DNA of 64,000 bases from Octopus bimaculoides (lineage: Eukaryota): positions 17,009,423-17,073,422 of the forward strand of contig NC_069002.1 of the NCBI RefSeq assembly GCF_001194135.2, read 5' to 3'. Within the stretch, counting starts at the first letter, position 1. The number at the start of each line of letters is the position of its first letter. This document shows, in pieces, positions 49,919-62,831 of the stretch. A program made the position numbers and the translations under genes. Under the pieces are notes generated by a model. The model saw nothing but the letters and a program-made list of their open reading frames with translations. It did not search any database and was not told where the DNA came from.

Positions 49919-50950
49919 TACATTGTTCTTAAAAACAGAATGGCTTCTACCACATCTTCCTTGATAGAAACCCTTAAATCAGATTTAATAATCTTTAGAG
50001 CAGAAAACAGTCTTTCAACACTGGCTTGGGTTGGTAGCATTGTTGTTAAAATTCTGTTCTGGCTACATCCCTAATAATCTCTGGATAAAGAGGGATGGCT
50101 TCTTCTACAGTAAATTTCGATGACCGATCATACTGTTCCACTTCTTTTAAGGCATTAAGAACATCTTGCTGAAACTTTCTTTTTGAAAGATTTACTGGTG
50201 TTTTTGCAGTCTCTTTGTTCAATCATTGTTGCCTCACTTTTGAATGCTCCATTTTATCCAAGACAGCTTCAAAGTCTAATTCTTCATTTGATTCTGAACA
50301 GGTTGCTTTCATGTTACTGATACTATGAACATCTTTAGTTTCAGTTTTGGGCTGCCTCTCACGTCCTTTCATCTGATATGCTATTTCACTCAGTGCCTGT
50401 TTTCCTTGATCAATTCGTTCATTGTTTAGTAAAATTCGATTCATTGGATCACTGTAAATAGCAGCTAACAAAATTTTATTGTCCAGCAAGAGAGATACTC
50501 TTTTTCTCATTGAAAGAACAATGCCATAAGAAATTAATCCTCCTTTTTTTGTTCAGGCTAAATATCAACTTTTTCCACTCCAACAAGACTCTACCTGGGG
50601 TTAAATCCTCAGATTGCAACTTCTTGGTGACGTTAAAAGACTGAAAAAGCAAACTTTCTAGTTCTTTTACTTGTGTCCACTTGTTTTCAGTTAGTGAAAT
50701 ATTTTGGTTATCCAGATCCTCCAGGAAAGTTTTTAGTGCAAGTAAACATTTGCTCATCAAATAGGTGCTACCCCAGCGTGTTGCTTGATCTAAAATAGCC
50801 CCCTTTCCAGCACGACTCTTCAGAAATGGCATCTGTTTTGGGTGTTGGGGCTACAATCGCTACTTGCCTCAGTTTTTCAATGAGAGTAGCTACATGTCAA
50901 TTTTGCAATCCATCTTTTATTGCTAGTTGCAGTGAATGTACTCTATGAAA
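49915..50950 (-). mobile_element. hAT DNA transposase relic
   Basis: DQATRWGSTYLM, TKKLQSEDLT, ILLAAIYSDP and the hATC dimerisation motif PTQASVERLFSALKIIKSDLR...VEAILFLR. Confidence 0.88.
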
Positions 50951-51998
50951 GTTGATCAAATAATTACTAATTAAAAGGAAACTCAACGTTAACATATTCA
51001 ATAAATTGGAAAAGATTTAACTATTTTAAAAAAAGAAAAAAAATTATTGATGAGATTATATGAAACAACTGAACAACAACTTCAAGTGAGACTCCTGCCT
51101 GTTAAGAAATTTGAAAAATGGGAAAGTTATCATGAAAGCAAGTTTCAGTGATTAATTAAAAGATGTTTCCTTTCTCTAAAAAAATTGAGTCTGGATGATG
51201 AAGAAAATTAAGAATAATAAAATTTAATAGTCTGAATAGTTAACTGATTTTTAATTAAAAATCAAAGTTGAAAGAATCTTGGTCTCTCCAAATAAAAAAA
51301 AATCGATTTTTTAAAATCAAAAATGCAGTGATGTGGCAATTTGTTGAAGCAGGGGTACATTGAAGTCTTAGGAGAAACTTTTAACACCAATGTATCAAAT
51401 TATTCCTATTGCCAAAATTTAAGTTTGATTTTAAATGCACATTCTAGGTAATATTTGTGAACTTTTTGTGCTCTTAATTCAAAATAAAAAAATAACTCAT
51501 TCTCTATAATATCAACACAAATTTGTTATTGAGAGAACAAAGTTGTAATGAATGTGTAACTACTCGGGGTGTACGAAAATTTTCTACAATACTAATACAG
51601 TCCTTGCTTTAAAACAAGAATAAAATGTAGTGTCCCCTTAAATTTACTATAGCTCATTTTATAAAATGTAGCTTGTTACCGTATGGAATTTCTACTTATT
51701 CCATTTCATCATTTTAATATCCATGTCCAATCAAAATTCAATCAAAATGGATAAAAGCAGATTTTCTGCAGCCTGATGCCTTTCCTGTTGCAAATCCTCA
51801 TTTGTTTTCCAGACCTAAACAGAGACCTAAAAAGACAATGTAATCAAGGCTGAAATGTCTTTGATCCAAGGATGTACTTGATTTAGCACTGATTTAAGAT
51901 TAAATAAGAACAATAATAAGCATTTAAAATGCATCACAAAACAATAATACAAAATTTCTTTTACACCTTTACTTTGGTTTGGATGTACAGATAGATAC

Positions 51999-52102
51999 CT
52001 TTAGTTTGGGGTCAGCTCCTAATGCTATCAAGGCCTTCACTTGCTCCTTTATGACAAACTGGAAACCTTCGATAGTTGACCATTTGCAACCATATTTGTC
52101 GA
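51999..52102 (-). CDS. TAF1B: TAF1B coding exon C: DKYGCKWSTIEGFQFVIKEQVKALIALGADPKLK
   Basis: Acceptor ttttttcttccag, donor gtatct. Aligns to human [28 protein letters not shown] (from memory). 104 nt. Confidence 0.92.
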
Positions 52103-52169
52103 CTGGAAGAAAAAAATGTAAATGGAAAATCAATCCAATAATTATGTGGCAAAGGGAGAACATTTTTAA

Positions 52170-52390
52170 CCCTTTAACATTCATATTACTCTGTGAAATG
52201 TAATGCTAATTTATTCGCACTGATTTGAATTAGTCCTGCATTATCTTGTAGCTTTGAAATTTTAACATGATTGTTTATTTCTAGAACAATATTGTAGGGT
52301 AAGTGTGAGAGGCCAGATCTGGCCAGTTTGAACATTAAAAAAACAGGTAGAATATTTTGGTCAGATATGGCTGGTTTAAATACTAAAGGG
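52170..52390. mobile_element. piggyBac-type MITE (221 bp)
   Basis: TTAA TSD at 52166-52169 and 52391-52394; TIR ccctttaacatt / ccctttagtatt. Confidence 0.85.
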
Positions 52391-54914
52391 TTAATGTAGT
52401 TGAATATCAAATCTAATTAAAATTCTAAATTTGAAATCAAAACTTATCAGTAAAGAAGAAAGGACTCGGGAAGCAGCTATATTAGATGTGGAGAAAAGAA
52501 ATAGATATGTACTCTATATGATATGTGTAATGTAAGCTATGGGCACAAATAAGGTGCAGTGTGATCACAGGCAGGTTGACAAAGAAGGGTTTTTATATCA
52601 CAGATGCATAGAAAAAGTAGAGCACCCATAAAATAAATTGTCCAAATGCTCAGAGAATTCCATAGAAAGGTTCACCTTCTGTAAACTAGATGACCTTATG
52701 TGAAAAAGAGAAAGACATTCTGAAAGCACAGTAGCAAAAATAGGAACTGAATAGAAATGTTCATGAAGTTATTACCTCTGATAGCAACAAAGAGTTCTCT
52801 TTCCAAATAAAAGGGCAGATTGTATTATGCTTGTATACAGAGTGCATGTTGCATAGTTGCACAAAATGGATATTAAATGCAGGATATATATGAAGACTGA
52901 AGAAAAATGAGTTGAGTATATGGATCTTTTCTGTTTGGCTGCCTCCTTTGGAAATTTTAAAGTTTAGTGAAAATTTTTAAATTTGGTGTATTGATGTAAT
53001 TTTCCATGTTGAATCTCTGGGGCTAATTTGCTTTTTCCAGAAAAACTTTTAAAAAAAGTCACAGTGGTTTAACGTTTGATAGTTTTTAACCCAGTCAGAA
53101 AACAGGATTTCAAAGCTGTCATTTTGTACGTGACTGCACATGTTGTCAACTCTAAACAAACGAAATATTGACAGAATTCTGCTTTACACATGCCATATAA
53201 CCCCTCGTGTGTGTTTTATGTTTTGAAATTTTCAGAAAATTTTTGTAAATTTGTATTCTACACATGGGAATTTATACGATTATGCAAAAACTCAAAATTT
53301 TGGGGTGGTGTGATTTAAGGCCTATTTAGCTATTATTTTTGACCACCACAGACCTCATGTGTTTGAAGTATTTTAATAAACAAAAATGACCATGTGGGTG
53401 TGCAGTTTGGTAACAGTTTGGCTTCTTACTATGGAAACAGGCACCTATATGTCTGTGGCTTTCGACTGGCTAAAATTACCCAAAATTTTCTTCTTGTCTC
53501 CCTCTTTGTCTCTCTGTCTCTTTCAGTTTCTCTCTCTTTCTGTATCTCTATCTATCTTTCTGTCTCTGTCTGTCTAAACATATTCTTCTATATGATATAG
53601 CTATTTTTCTACCTTCAATCACATTCAAAATGAATCTTTCAATTATCCTTTCACTTTCTCTTTTAAAACATACACATACAGGACGAGTAACCTGCTTCAG
53701 ATTCAAAACTGAACATTTCAATTCTCCTTCGACATACCACATATTCAAAAGTCAAAACAAATCATAACAAATGTATGATACTGATCTTTCTTCTACTTCA
53801 ATTATTACATGGTTTTTTTTTTCTTCCAAAAATACACACATACAGGAGGAGTAAATTATACATATAATAATACTTTCAATGTGGCTCCTGATAAACAGTA
53901 AAAGTAATTACCCGATCAACAACAGGTTTTACTGCTAGTATTAATATATGTGGCTGTGTAGTTAAGAAGTTTGCCTCTCAACCACATGGTACGGGGTTCA
54001 GTCCCACATCATGGACACTTGAGCATCTGTCTTCTACTACAGTTAAGGGTCAAACAATGTCTTGTGGGTGGAATTGGTAAAGAGGAGCTGTATGGAAGTC
54101 CATCCATCAAATATACATTTTTATGAGTATACGTATTTGAGTGAAGGCGCAGGGCTCAGTGGTTAGAACATTGAGCTCACAAACATGAGGTAGTGAGTTT
54201 GATTCTCATACCAGACTGTGTGTTATATTCTTGAGCAAGATATTTTATTTCACAGCACTCCAGTTCACTCAGTTGTAGAAATGAGTTGTGAAATCATTGG
54301 TGCCAAGCTGTATCGGCCTTTGCCTTTCCCTTGGATAACATCAGTGGCAAGGAGAAGGGAGACTGGTATGCATGGACGACTGCTGGCCTTCTATAAACAA
54401 CCTTGCCTGGACTTGGGCCTCGGAGGGGAACTTTCCAGGTGCAATCCCATGGTCATTCATAACCAAAGAGGGTTTTTATATGAGTGCGTATGTAAATGCA
54501 TACTGACACCACCTGACTTTGCTTAATGCTGTCTCAGTGAGGTGGTGATATCTGACTGATCAAATTGCACTTTCAAAGACCATCATCTTGGGAAAATGAA
54601 TGTTAAATCAACAAATGAAATATACAATAGGATTCAGGAGAGTTTCTGTCTACAAAATTCCAAAGATTTTGGCCAACGCAAGGAAATGGCAGGCAAAGGA
54701 TAAAAACACTGATGAGAAACCTAAACAAGAGGTATTTCTAAAAACTGAGACACTCAAGATATTTGTTCTACATATGTTCCAGATACTCTTCTCTCATTCT
54801 CACTATCAAAAATGCAGAGAACCAACAAATGGACCATTGAAGACTTGGAACCAACAATGTTATTGTTTACAAATCTTGACAGAAAATAATAAAATAAAGA
54901 TTGTATATACATAC

Positions 54915-54996
54915 CATCAGGAAGTGCTCTCTTAAGCTTAGATGAAAACATGTAATTTTCTTGGCCATAACTCTCAACTTCTGTATCAAATACTTT
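54915..54996 (-). CDS. TAF1B: TAF1B coding exon B: KVFDTEVESYGQENYMFSSKLKRALPD
   Basis: Strong T-tract acceptor ...tttcattgcag, donor gtatgt. 82 nt; phase 0 in, phase 1 out, which joins exons A and C in frame. Confidence 0.75.
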
Positions 54997-56256
54997 CTGC
55001 AATGAAACAAAAAAAAAAGACAAAATGAACACAAGAGCAAGCATTATTGGTCAGTTAAGAAGTGAAGGTCTCTTTTTTGCAGTTACTCAAGCAAGGCAAT
55101 GTGCAACACTGAGCAAGTGCCTCGTGCCATAGCTTCAGGTTGACCAGTGCCTGGAATTAGTTGACCAGTGCATCATTTAACATCTGCTGCCATGGGTTGG
55201 ATGGTCTGACCAGGGCTGGCAAGCTGGGGAGCTGCACCAGACTCCAGTCGGATTTGGCATGGCTTCTAGGGCTGGATACCCTTCCTTGCATCAACCCAGA
55301 AACTATGTCAACGCTCACAATCCCACCACCAGCTCTCTCTCTCTCTCTCTCTCATACACACATCACCATCATTTATCATTCATGCTTTATGCTGGCATTG
55401 GTTGGATGATTTGACAGGATCTGATGAGTCCAATAACCATATAGTTCTCCAATGTCTTCTCTAAATCGATGCTCTTCTTAATACCAACTACTTTATAGCA
55501 GGTACCGGGTGTTTCTTTTGTGCCTCCAGCATTAGTGAGATTGCCATGCAGCTTGCAAGACTACAAAACACTGAGAGGGGCAGTTTCATGCTAGGGTTAA
55601 AGTATAACCAAAGGGAACAAAAGGTCAATGTAAAATGTGGTTTGAACAGGATAATATCAAAGGTAAGGGGTGGACATCAAGTGAAATGGTATCAGGTAAT
55701 GAGAAAGATTAGTAGATAGAGAGAAAGAAGATGGTGAAAGTGTCTTGGGAACAAAAGTGAGAAAAAGGACCCAGTTGTGCATGTGTGTGTGTGTGTGTGT
55801 ATCATCATCATCATTTAACATCCATTTTCCATGTTGGCATGGGTTGGATGGTTTGACAGGAGCTGACCAGCTGAAGGATTGTTCAGGTTCCATGTCTGTT
55901 TTTGCATTTTTTCTATGGCTGGATGCCCTTCCTGACACCAACCATTTTACAGAGTGGACTGAGTGCTTTTACACAGCCCCAGTACAGATGCTTCTTACAT
56001 GGCACCAGCACTTACAAGCCCACGAGATTAGGGCAACCACACTTTGCAAGGGCAACCGTACTTTTACTCGGCTTGACGTGTCTTTTCAAACACAGCAAAC
56101 CCCGAGGAGTCTTGATCCCTTGTCATTCCCTCTGTGAGTCCCAATATTTGCAGATCCTTTCCTACTACTTCATCTCATGCCTTGCTGTTTCTACCCCTTC
56201 CACATGTTACCTCTACAATTAGAGATCGGCACCTCTTGATGCAACTGTCCTCATAC

Positions 56257-56298
<42 letters not shown>

Positions 56299-57540
56299 AT
56301 CTATCTAGACATACATACATACACTCTCACACTCACGTGCATGCTTAGCATTTCCAGAACTTACTTTTGCTGAGTTGGGTCTCCTCAAAAACTGCATATC
56401 ACCAGAGATCTCAATCTTTTGTCATCTCCTTTGTGAAATTCAAAGTCCTGAGATCAGGCTGCACCACTTCATCCCATGTCTTCCAGGGTCTCCTTCTGTA
56501 AGCTCCATTATATTAAGTGACCAACACTTCATTATACAGCAGCCTGGAAGTGCTCTGTATTGCACTCTCCATCGTCCCCTCACCCTGGCTCCTGCAGATT
56601 ATCAACCATGTCATCCCCCTCTCTTGTCTCTGACAATTTAATCATCTTTACTAATCCTGCTGCTTACTCCACCACTCACTTCTGCATCTGCATCTCATCT
56701 CATGGCTTCTTGATTTAGTCATTGGCTCTTCAACCCTACCCATTCTGGCAGTCTGACATCCACCCCCATCACTTAGTCTTCCCATGCAACTTCGCAACCC
56801 AATTCCTCAACTCACCTTGTGCCTCGTGGGGCCATCAAGGTACCTCATTGTCACTGTCTCTTACAACTCCTACTATTCATTTTATCTTTCTCTCTCCTTC
56901 TCATATTAGATGTGTGTAGCCATGCAGATCCTCTACAAGAACTTGCACTGCTCCCCCCACTACACACACACACATCTCATAATTAAATCCCTCATTCTCT
57001 AGCATGATGCTGACCCCCACCCTTCCTAGGGCTTGTAGTTCTGCAAGCTGCATGGTTACCTCAATAGTGTAGATGGCATGAAAAAAATCACCCAGTCCAC
57101 ATTGTAAAGTGGTTGGCATTAGGAAGGGCATCCAGCCATGAAAAAAACCATGTCAAAACAGACATAGGAGCACAATGCAATCCTTTAACACATGGGGTCT
57201 TGTAAAACCATGCAACCTATGCCAGCATGAAACAGATTTAAATGATGATGATGATGATGATTTTACCAGATAGTCTACAGCCTGTCAATCTGGTATGCTT
57301 ATATAATAAAAATAATAATGATTTCTGATTTTGGTACAATGAGAGGCACTTAGTGATACCATCAACCCCAAGACTGCAATGCTGGAGGGATAAAATCCAA
57401 AGTTGACTATGGCAGGATTTGAACTCAAAAGGTAAAGAGTTGTAACAAAATCCTACCAGGTATTTTGTTTAATGTTCTAACATTTCTACAAACCAACTGC
57501 TTTAATAAAATGAAAATGATAACACCATTTGGTAACTTAC

Positions 57541-57623
57541 CGGTATTTGACTACAGCAGGTTAAACAGTAATACATTCCATCGATATTTTCAAAATCCTT
57601 TTCATCACATACCGGACACCTTG
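57541..57623 (-). CDS. TAF1B: TAF1B coding exon A (first found): N-terminal Zn-ribbon, RCPVCDEKDFENIDGMYYCLTCCSQIP
   Basis: Acceptor ttccattcattcag, donor gtaagt. The CxxC...YYCxxC pattern matches the Rrn7/TAF1B Zn ribbon (human RCTQC...GKYYCTSC, from memory). 83 nt; starts phase 1, ends phase 0. Confidence 0.85.
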
Positions 57624-58986
57624 CTGAATGAATGGAAAACAGGCAAACATTTCAGTCATGTGATACATGAAGTTTTTGTCTTTTTATGTTTTTTCCCTTA
57701 TTTTTTGATAATAATAATAACAAAAATCCCTTGGATGGAATTTATAAACATTTAATGCATAACTACATGCATTTCCACAAATCAAGTGTTTCTTTAGATC
57801 ACAGTCCATATTCCTGGGATGATTACAGTGTAGTCTGTAGTATCCACGGGCATCAGGCAGATCATCTTTGTGGATTCATTTCTTCAGGTGATATAACATT
57901 AATGGATGTTTAACAGAGGGTTGTTTATCCCTTTTGACCAGTGTGAAAGTTGACTGAGTTATGTGGGTATTTCTGTGTGTATTTGGTGGGGAAGAGGGGA
58001 AGGTGAAGGAAAGAGACGAAGGAATGATTGTTATATGGAGATGGAGGTGTGTGCGGTGATGTCGTTCTTATTTTGCTATTCAATCTGCAGATGTCAGGGA
58101 TGGTTAGTACATTCCTTTGTTCAATCTCATTTAAGGCATGACTATCATCATCATCATCATCATCATCGTTTAACGTCCGCTTTCCATGCTAGCATGGGTT
58201 GGATGATTTGACTGAGGACTGGTGGACCAGGTGGCTGCACCAGGCTCCAATCTGATTTGGCAGAGTTTCTACAGCTGAATGCCCTTCCTAATGCCAACCA
58301 CTCAGAGAGTGTAGTGGGTGCTTTTACATGCCACCGGCACGAAGGCCAGTCAGGGGGTACTGGCAATGGCCACGCTCAAAATGGTGTATNNNNNNNNNNC
58401 AGGTAGCTGGTGCTCTGGCAACGATCACGCTTGGACAGTGCTCTAGGTCAGCTGGTACAGCCACTACTGCCATCAATTGTTGGAGTTCATTGTCTGAATT
58501 GATAAATGATACTTTCTTATGGTGACTTTTTAATTGTTTCTGGACTGTGATCTTAGGGGACATGTGATTTGTGAAAATGTGCATAGAAATGCATTAAATG
58601 CTTATGAATTCCATCCAAGGATTATTGTTTTCCTTACTAGACTTATCCTACTTATCATATTGGTACAACTTGATGCAACCCCAAAAACCAGTCAGCATCA
58701 TTAGACTGTGGCCAGCAAAAGGGAATACGAGCTTTATTTGCATATTCAAAACGTTTGCCATAGACAAATTTAAAAGATATATATATATATATATAAAAAT
58801 ATATCATAAATTAACTACCAACAAAAATAATTGGTAAGCTAACTTAAAAAAATCATCACCTAAATAGCAGAAAAAAACGACAGTGAAGATATGCAGACTC
58901 TTCAAGAATCGATCCTTTTGGTTATATTAATAATAATAAAGGAGTTACGACGCAAAAACGTATAAATTCAAAAGAACATATTTATC

Positions 58987-59112
58987 TCCTTCAATATATA
59001 TTTCAGTATAAAGAATTCATTAAGATGCTTAAATCAAAATTTCTTTACACATCATTCAGGAACAGATATAGCATCTTAATGAATTCTTTATACTGAAATA
59101 TATATTGAAGGA
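58987..59112. repeat. Perfect 43-bp inverted repeat running into an N gap
   Basis: Arms at 58987-59029 and 59070-59112; Ns start at 59113. Confidence 0.9.
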
Positions 59113-59979
59113 NNNNNNNNNNNNNNNNNNNNNNNNNNNNNNNNNNNNNNNNNNNNNNNNNNNNNNNNNNNNNNNNNNNNNNNNNNNNNNNNNNNNNNNN
59201 NNNNNNNNNNNNNNNNNNNNNNNNNNNNNNNNNNNNNNNNNNNNNNNNNNNNNNNNNNNNNNNNNNNNNNNNNNNNNNNNNNNNNNNNNNNNNNNNNNNN
59301 NNNNNNNNNNNNNNNNNNNNNNNNNNNNNNNNNNNNNNNNNNNNNNNNNNNNNNNNNNNNNNNNNNNNNNNNNNNNNNNNNNNNNNNNNNNNNNNNNNNN
59401 NNNNNNNNNNNNNNNNNNNNNNNNNNNNNNNNNNNNNNNNNNNNNNNNNNNNNNNNNNNNNNNNNNNNNNNNNNNNNNNNNNNNNNNNNNNNNNNNNNNN
59501 NNNNNNNNNNNNNNNNNNNNNNNNNNNNNNNNNNNNNNNNNNNNNNNNNNNNNNNNNNNNNNNNNNNNNNNNNNNNNNNNNNNNNNNNNNNNNNNNNNNN
59601 NNNNNNNNNNNNNNNNNNNNNNNNNNNNNNNNNNNNNNNNNNNNNNNNNNNNNNNNNNNNNNNNNNNNNNNNNNNNNNNNNNNNNNNNNNNNNNNNNNNN
59701 NNNNNNNNNNNNNNNNNNNNNNNNNNNNNNNNNNNNNNNNNNNNNNNNNNNNNNNNNNNNNNTATATATATCTAGCTCTTCGAAACGCCGGTGTTAAAAC
59801 GGAGGTAGCTGATGAAGTAGAATGTTCTCTATGTGGCTTGTGTGTTTTCCCGTCTACGTTTTGTTTGCAATGTCCTGTACCCAGATATGCACCTATACAT
59901 ACAGGTGGATGTCGGTACGCACATACCTGTACGTATATATGCATATACTCATTTACTATTTGTTTTTATATATATATAT

Positions 59980-60215
59980 ATATATATATATTATGTATGT
60001 ATGTATGTGTGTGTATATGTTTGAGCCTGTGTTCGCTGCCTCGCCCTCAACATCGCTTGACAACAGGTGCTGGTGCGTTTATTTCCCAGTAACTTAACGA
60101 TTCGGCAAAAGAAGCCGATAGAATAAGTTCTAGGCTCATAAAGAATAAGTCCTGGGGTCGATCTGCTAGACTAAAGGCGGTGCTACAATCAAATGACTGA
60201 AACAAGTAAAAGAAT
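59980..60215 (+). mobile_element. SINE family A tail fragment
   Basis: catcgcttgacaac...gaataagtcctggggtcg...aaatgactgaaacaagtaaaagaa. A diverged head copy is also present at 53950-54100. Confidence 0.75.
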
Positions 60216-60289
60216 AAATTAATAAATACCACATGCACATTTCGAAGGCCGTGGTAAAAAAAAAAATGGAAAAATCCCCGTCAAAACGG

Positions 60290-60800
60290 AGAAAATCCAA
60301 ATTAGGGTGGCGTCCTGATCTGAAACTCCGCCGTTCACTATATAGTATCTGCTTAGTGATCCTCCGATCATTCATCTGATCAAGGTGTCCAATCCAACAT
60401 AGACGGTGCCTGTACACCATCGTCTTGATGCTCAGGACATCGGCTCCACCTAACAACCCTATGTCTGGAGTCCGCAGAGACGACCAACATTCGGAATGTG
60501 TCTCAGACATTGATGGAGGCGTTCAAGGACCTTTACACGCCTGTAAAGGGTCCATATCTTACCCAGGGCGAGCTCAAGGTACCAGCAACTCGGGCGGTCG
60601 CTCGGTGCGCCATGTGCTAGGGGACACCTAGGAGAGCGTAACAAAGACAAAGAAATTTCCACGACTGTCAGCTTGTACACTCCGAAGTTTAGCTCGCCCG
60701 GGGCGCCAACAACCCTAGGGCTGACCCTGATCTTATCAGAGTAAAAGAGCCACGTCAGCACACACACACGGTACACAGAAACTTTTCTTCGTCTGTGATG
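60290..60800 (-). mobile_element. Second RTE-clade (BovB-like) LINE C-terminal relic
   Basis: VYRVCVLTWLFYS and HRLCWIGHLDQMNDRRITKQILYSE...GRHP. Confidence 0.7.
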
Positions 60801-60999
60801 CTCTGTTGGTACCAGACATGAGATGCAAACATGTACATACATGTATATATGTGTGTTTACAAATAAACACGTGTCTGTAAATGTGTGCAGGAGACAGACA
60901 GACAGACATGGCTGCGTGCTTACATTCACTTCACAGCGTCACATTCGAAGACGTAGCTACCATTTCTAACAGTTAGATGTAGATTAAGGAAGATGTAAT

Positions 61000-61250
61000 C
61001 GCTTTTTCTAAACAACAACCACGTCGAGATTACTTTGCAGACTTTCAAAGTAAATAAATCATAAAGTTGCGCCCACATGCTCAGAGCCACCTCCAAAAAT
61101 CTATAAAAAAAAACAAAAAGACATGGAAAATCTAATTGCACAACAATGCTATTTAAAACAGTTAAGATAAAAATGAAACTTCTGTAAATAAAATGAAAGA
61201 AACTGCTTACTTTGTTGGGACATAATAGAAAGTTGTGAAATATAAACAGC
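61000..61250 (+). mobile_element. Possible decayed PLE endonuclease C-terminus
   Basis: SEPPPKIYKKNKKTWKI...KMKETAYF resembles the PLE SEPAKHL...WKIL...KEA.YI region; many stops. Confidence 0.35.
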
Positions 61251-61752
61251 TCCACCATGAACCGGTGTAGTAGGAGCGGTGTAAGTGGAATTAGGGTGGA
61301 GTGTGTATAGATTATCCAAGAAGCGTATTTGTGATGTTTTGGTAAAGACTTCCTATGTTTGTAGGTTCTTTCTTACTTCTTTTCGTTCATAAATTTCATG
61401 AGTTATTAATAACCATAAATCTGATAATAATTATTATTATTATTTGATGCTGTTATCATAATTATAAAAACTGGAACAACGTGAAATGAATTGTTTCACT
61501 CGAAGACACAACGTATCGTCCGGTCGAGGAATCGAAACAACAATCTTACTATCATAAATCCGACATCCTAATCACTAAGCCACGTCTATCTATCATAATT
61601 ATACACAAATATGTACGTACATATATACGCAAATATAGACAGACAGACAGACTGACATTCAGCTAGCTAGCTAAATAGATAGATAGATAGATAGATAGGC
61701 AGACAGACAGATAGACAAACAGACAGACAGACGGATAGACAGACAGACAGAC

Positions 61753-61786
<34 letters not shown>

Positions 61787-62134
61787 GGCATAACTACAGA
61801 TGTGTACCACCCCTCCTGACTTTGTTGCCACATAACGTCCAGAAAAAAAGGATACATTTTAACGAAATTTTCAAAAAATGCCATTTAGATGCTCTAGAAT
61901 CAGAGTATATAGGGATTTAAGGGAAAGAACGTTTCAAGGAGGTTGAAGAGAGGAGTTTCAGAAAATTCACACAAGTCAGCTCTTTTACCTCGTAACTTTC
62001 AGGAAAGTTGATACTTTTTAATGACATTTTCTATATATACCTTTCAGAGTGTGTAGGTAATGATTATATTAGTGATTGATATCGAAAACAAAACTGGTGG
62101 ACTCATACACTTACATACTGACATACATCATGTA

Positions 62135-62404
62135 TGAGGGGTACCGAAAAGTAACCGGATACGTTCTCTGTAGGACAAGCCCATTGTAATTCAGACTGCC
62201 CTACAAGACGCCACTTGATGCAACCCTCAGGCATCAGTCTGATGACTGACATCGTTGAATGAAGTTGTACTGCCACATGGTGTGTCTTTGTTTTGCACTG
62301 CCTTTTCCCCATTCATCGATTTTTGCAATGGCTGAAACAATCAAACAGCTTGCTTCTATAAAATTCTGTTCTCTGCTGGGGCAAACAGTGGCTGAAACAG
62401 TTCA
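62135..62404 (+). mobile_element. Mariner 5' end truncated by an LTR
   Basis: TA-TGAGGGGTACC terminus; MAETIKQLASIKFCSLLGQTVAET. Confidence 0.7.
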
Positions 62405-62831
62405 TTGAATGTCATGGTGATGAAGTTGGTAAGTCTGAACGTAGCTGCTGTGGTAGTGGTTCTTGTCACTGGAACTGGCTGTCTTTGTGGTCAGTGGCTA
62501 GACCTTAAAAGGTCTGGAACTAAAGACACCGGAATGAGGAAAAGCTGAGTTTTTATAAGGAGCTGTAGGCTAAAATAGGGTAGTAAACAAGCTGCCCCAC
62601 GTGATCCTGCTTAGAGCCTCTGTTTGGTTATCCACGACAAGTTGGCACAATCGAGGAGACAAATTGCGCCAATACCAACCAATCAGAGTAGTGGACACAA
62701 CGTGATCTAAATAGAGGCCAAAGGCTAGCCGTTCCTTGCTACATTCAAATGCACATATATATTTGACCACCGTTGTGTGTTATCTTATATAATAAATGGG
62801 AGTGAGGAATTTCACCCGAGTCTATGCTACA
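62405..62831 (-). mobile_element. LTR fragment related to 11941-12883
   Basis: Starts TGTAG on the minus strand. Shares gcaatt(t)gtctcc, tcacgtg, a TATA-like box and cagccagttccag.gac in the same order. Confidence 0.55.

Noticed and set aside
53660-53750. Alternative Zn-ribbon-like exon for TAF1B
   Set aside because: It lacks CxxC pairs and splice sites. The true Zn-ribbon exon is at 57541-57623.
58208-58240. CUGAGGA plus hairpin on the antisense strand of RTE tails
   Set aside because: No GAAA follows the hairpin in any copy.
1690-59944. Long ORFs containing X runs (e.g. 14334-15570, 20344-21381, 25543-26514, 29114-30118, 59045-59944)
   Set aside because: They are read-through of N gaps. 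Only the real flanks at 26419-26514 and 28329-29154 encode anything (PLE).
61251-61295. Kozak-like CCACCATG with downstream GTAAGT as the first exon of a + strand gene
   Set aside because: It lies at the end of a probable decayed PLE fragment, and no downstream exon was found in the remaining 2.7 kb.
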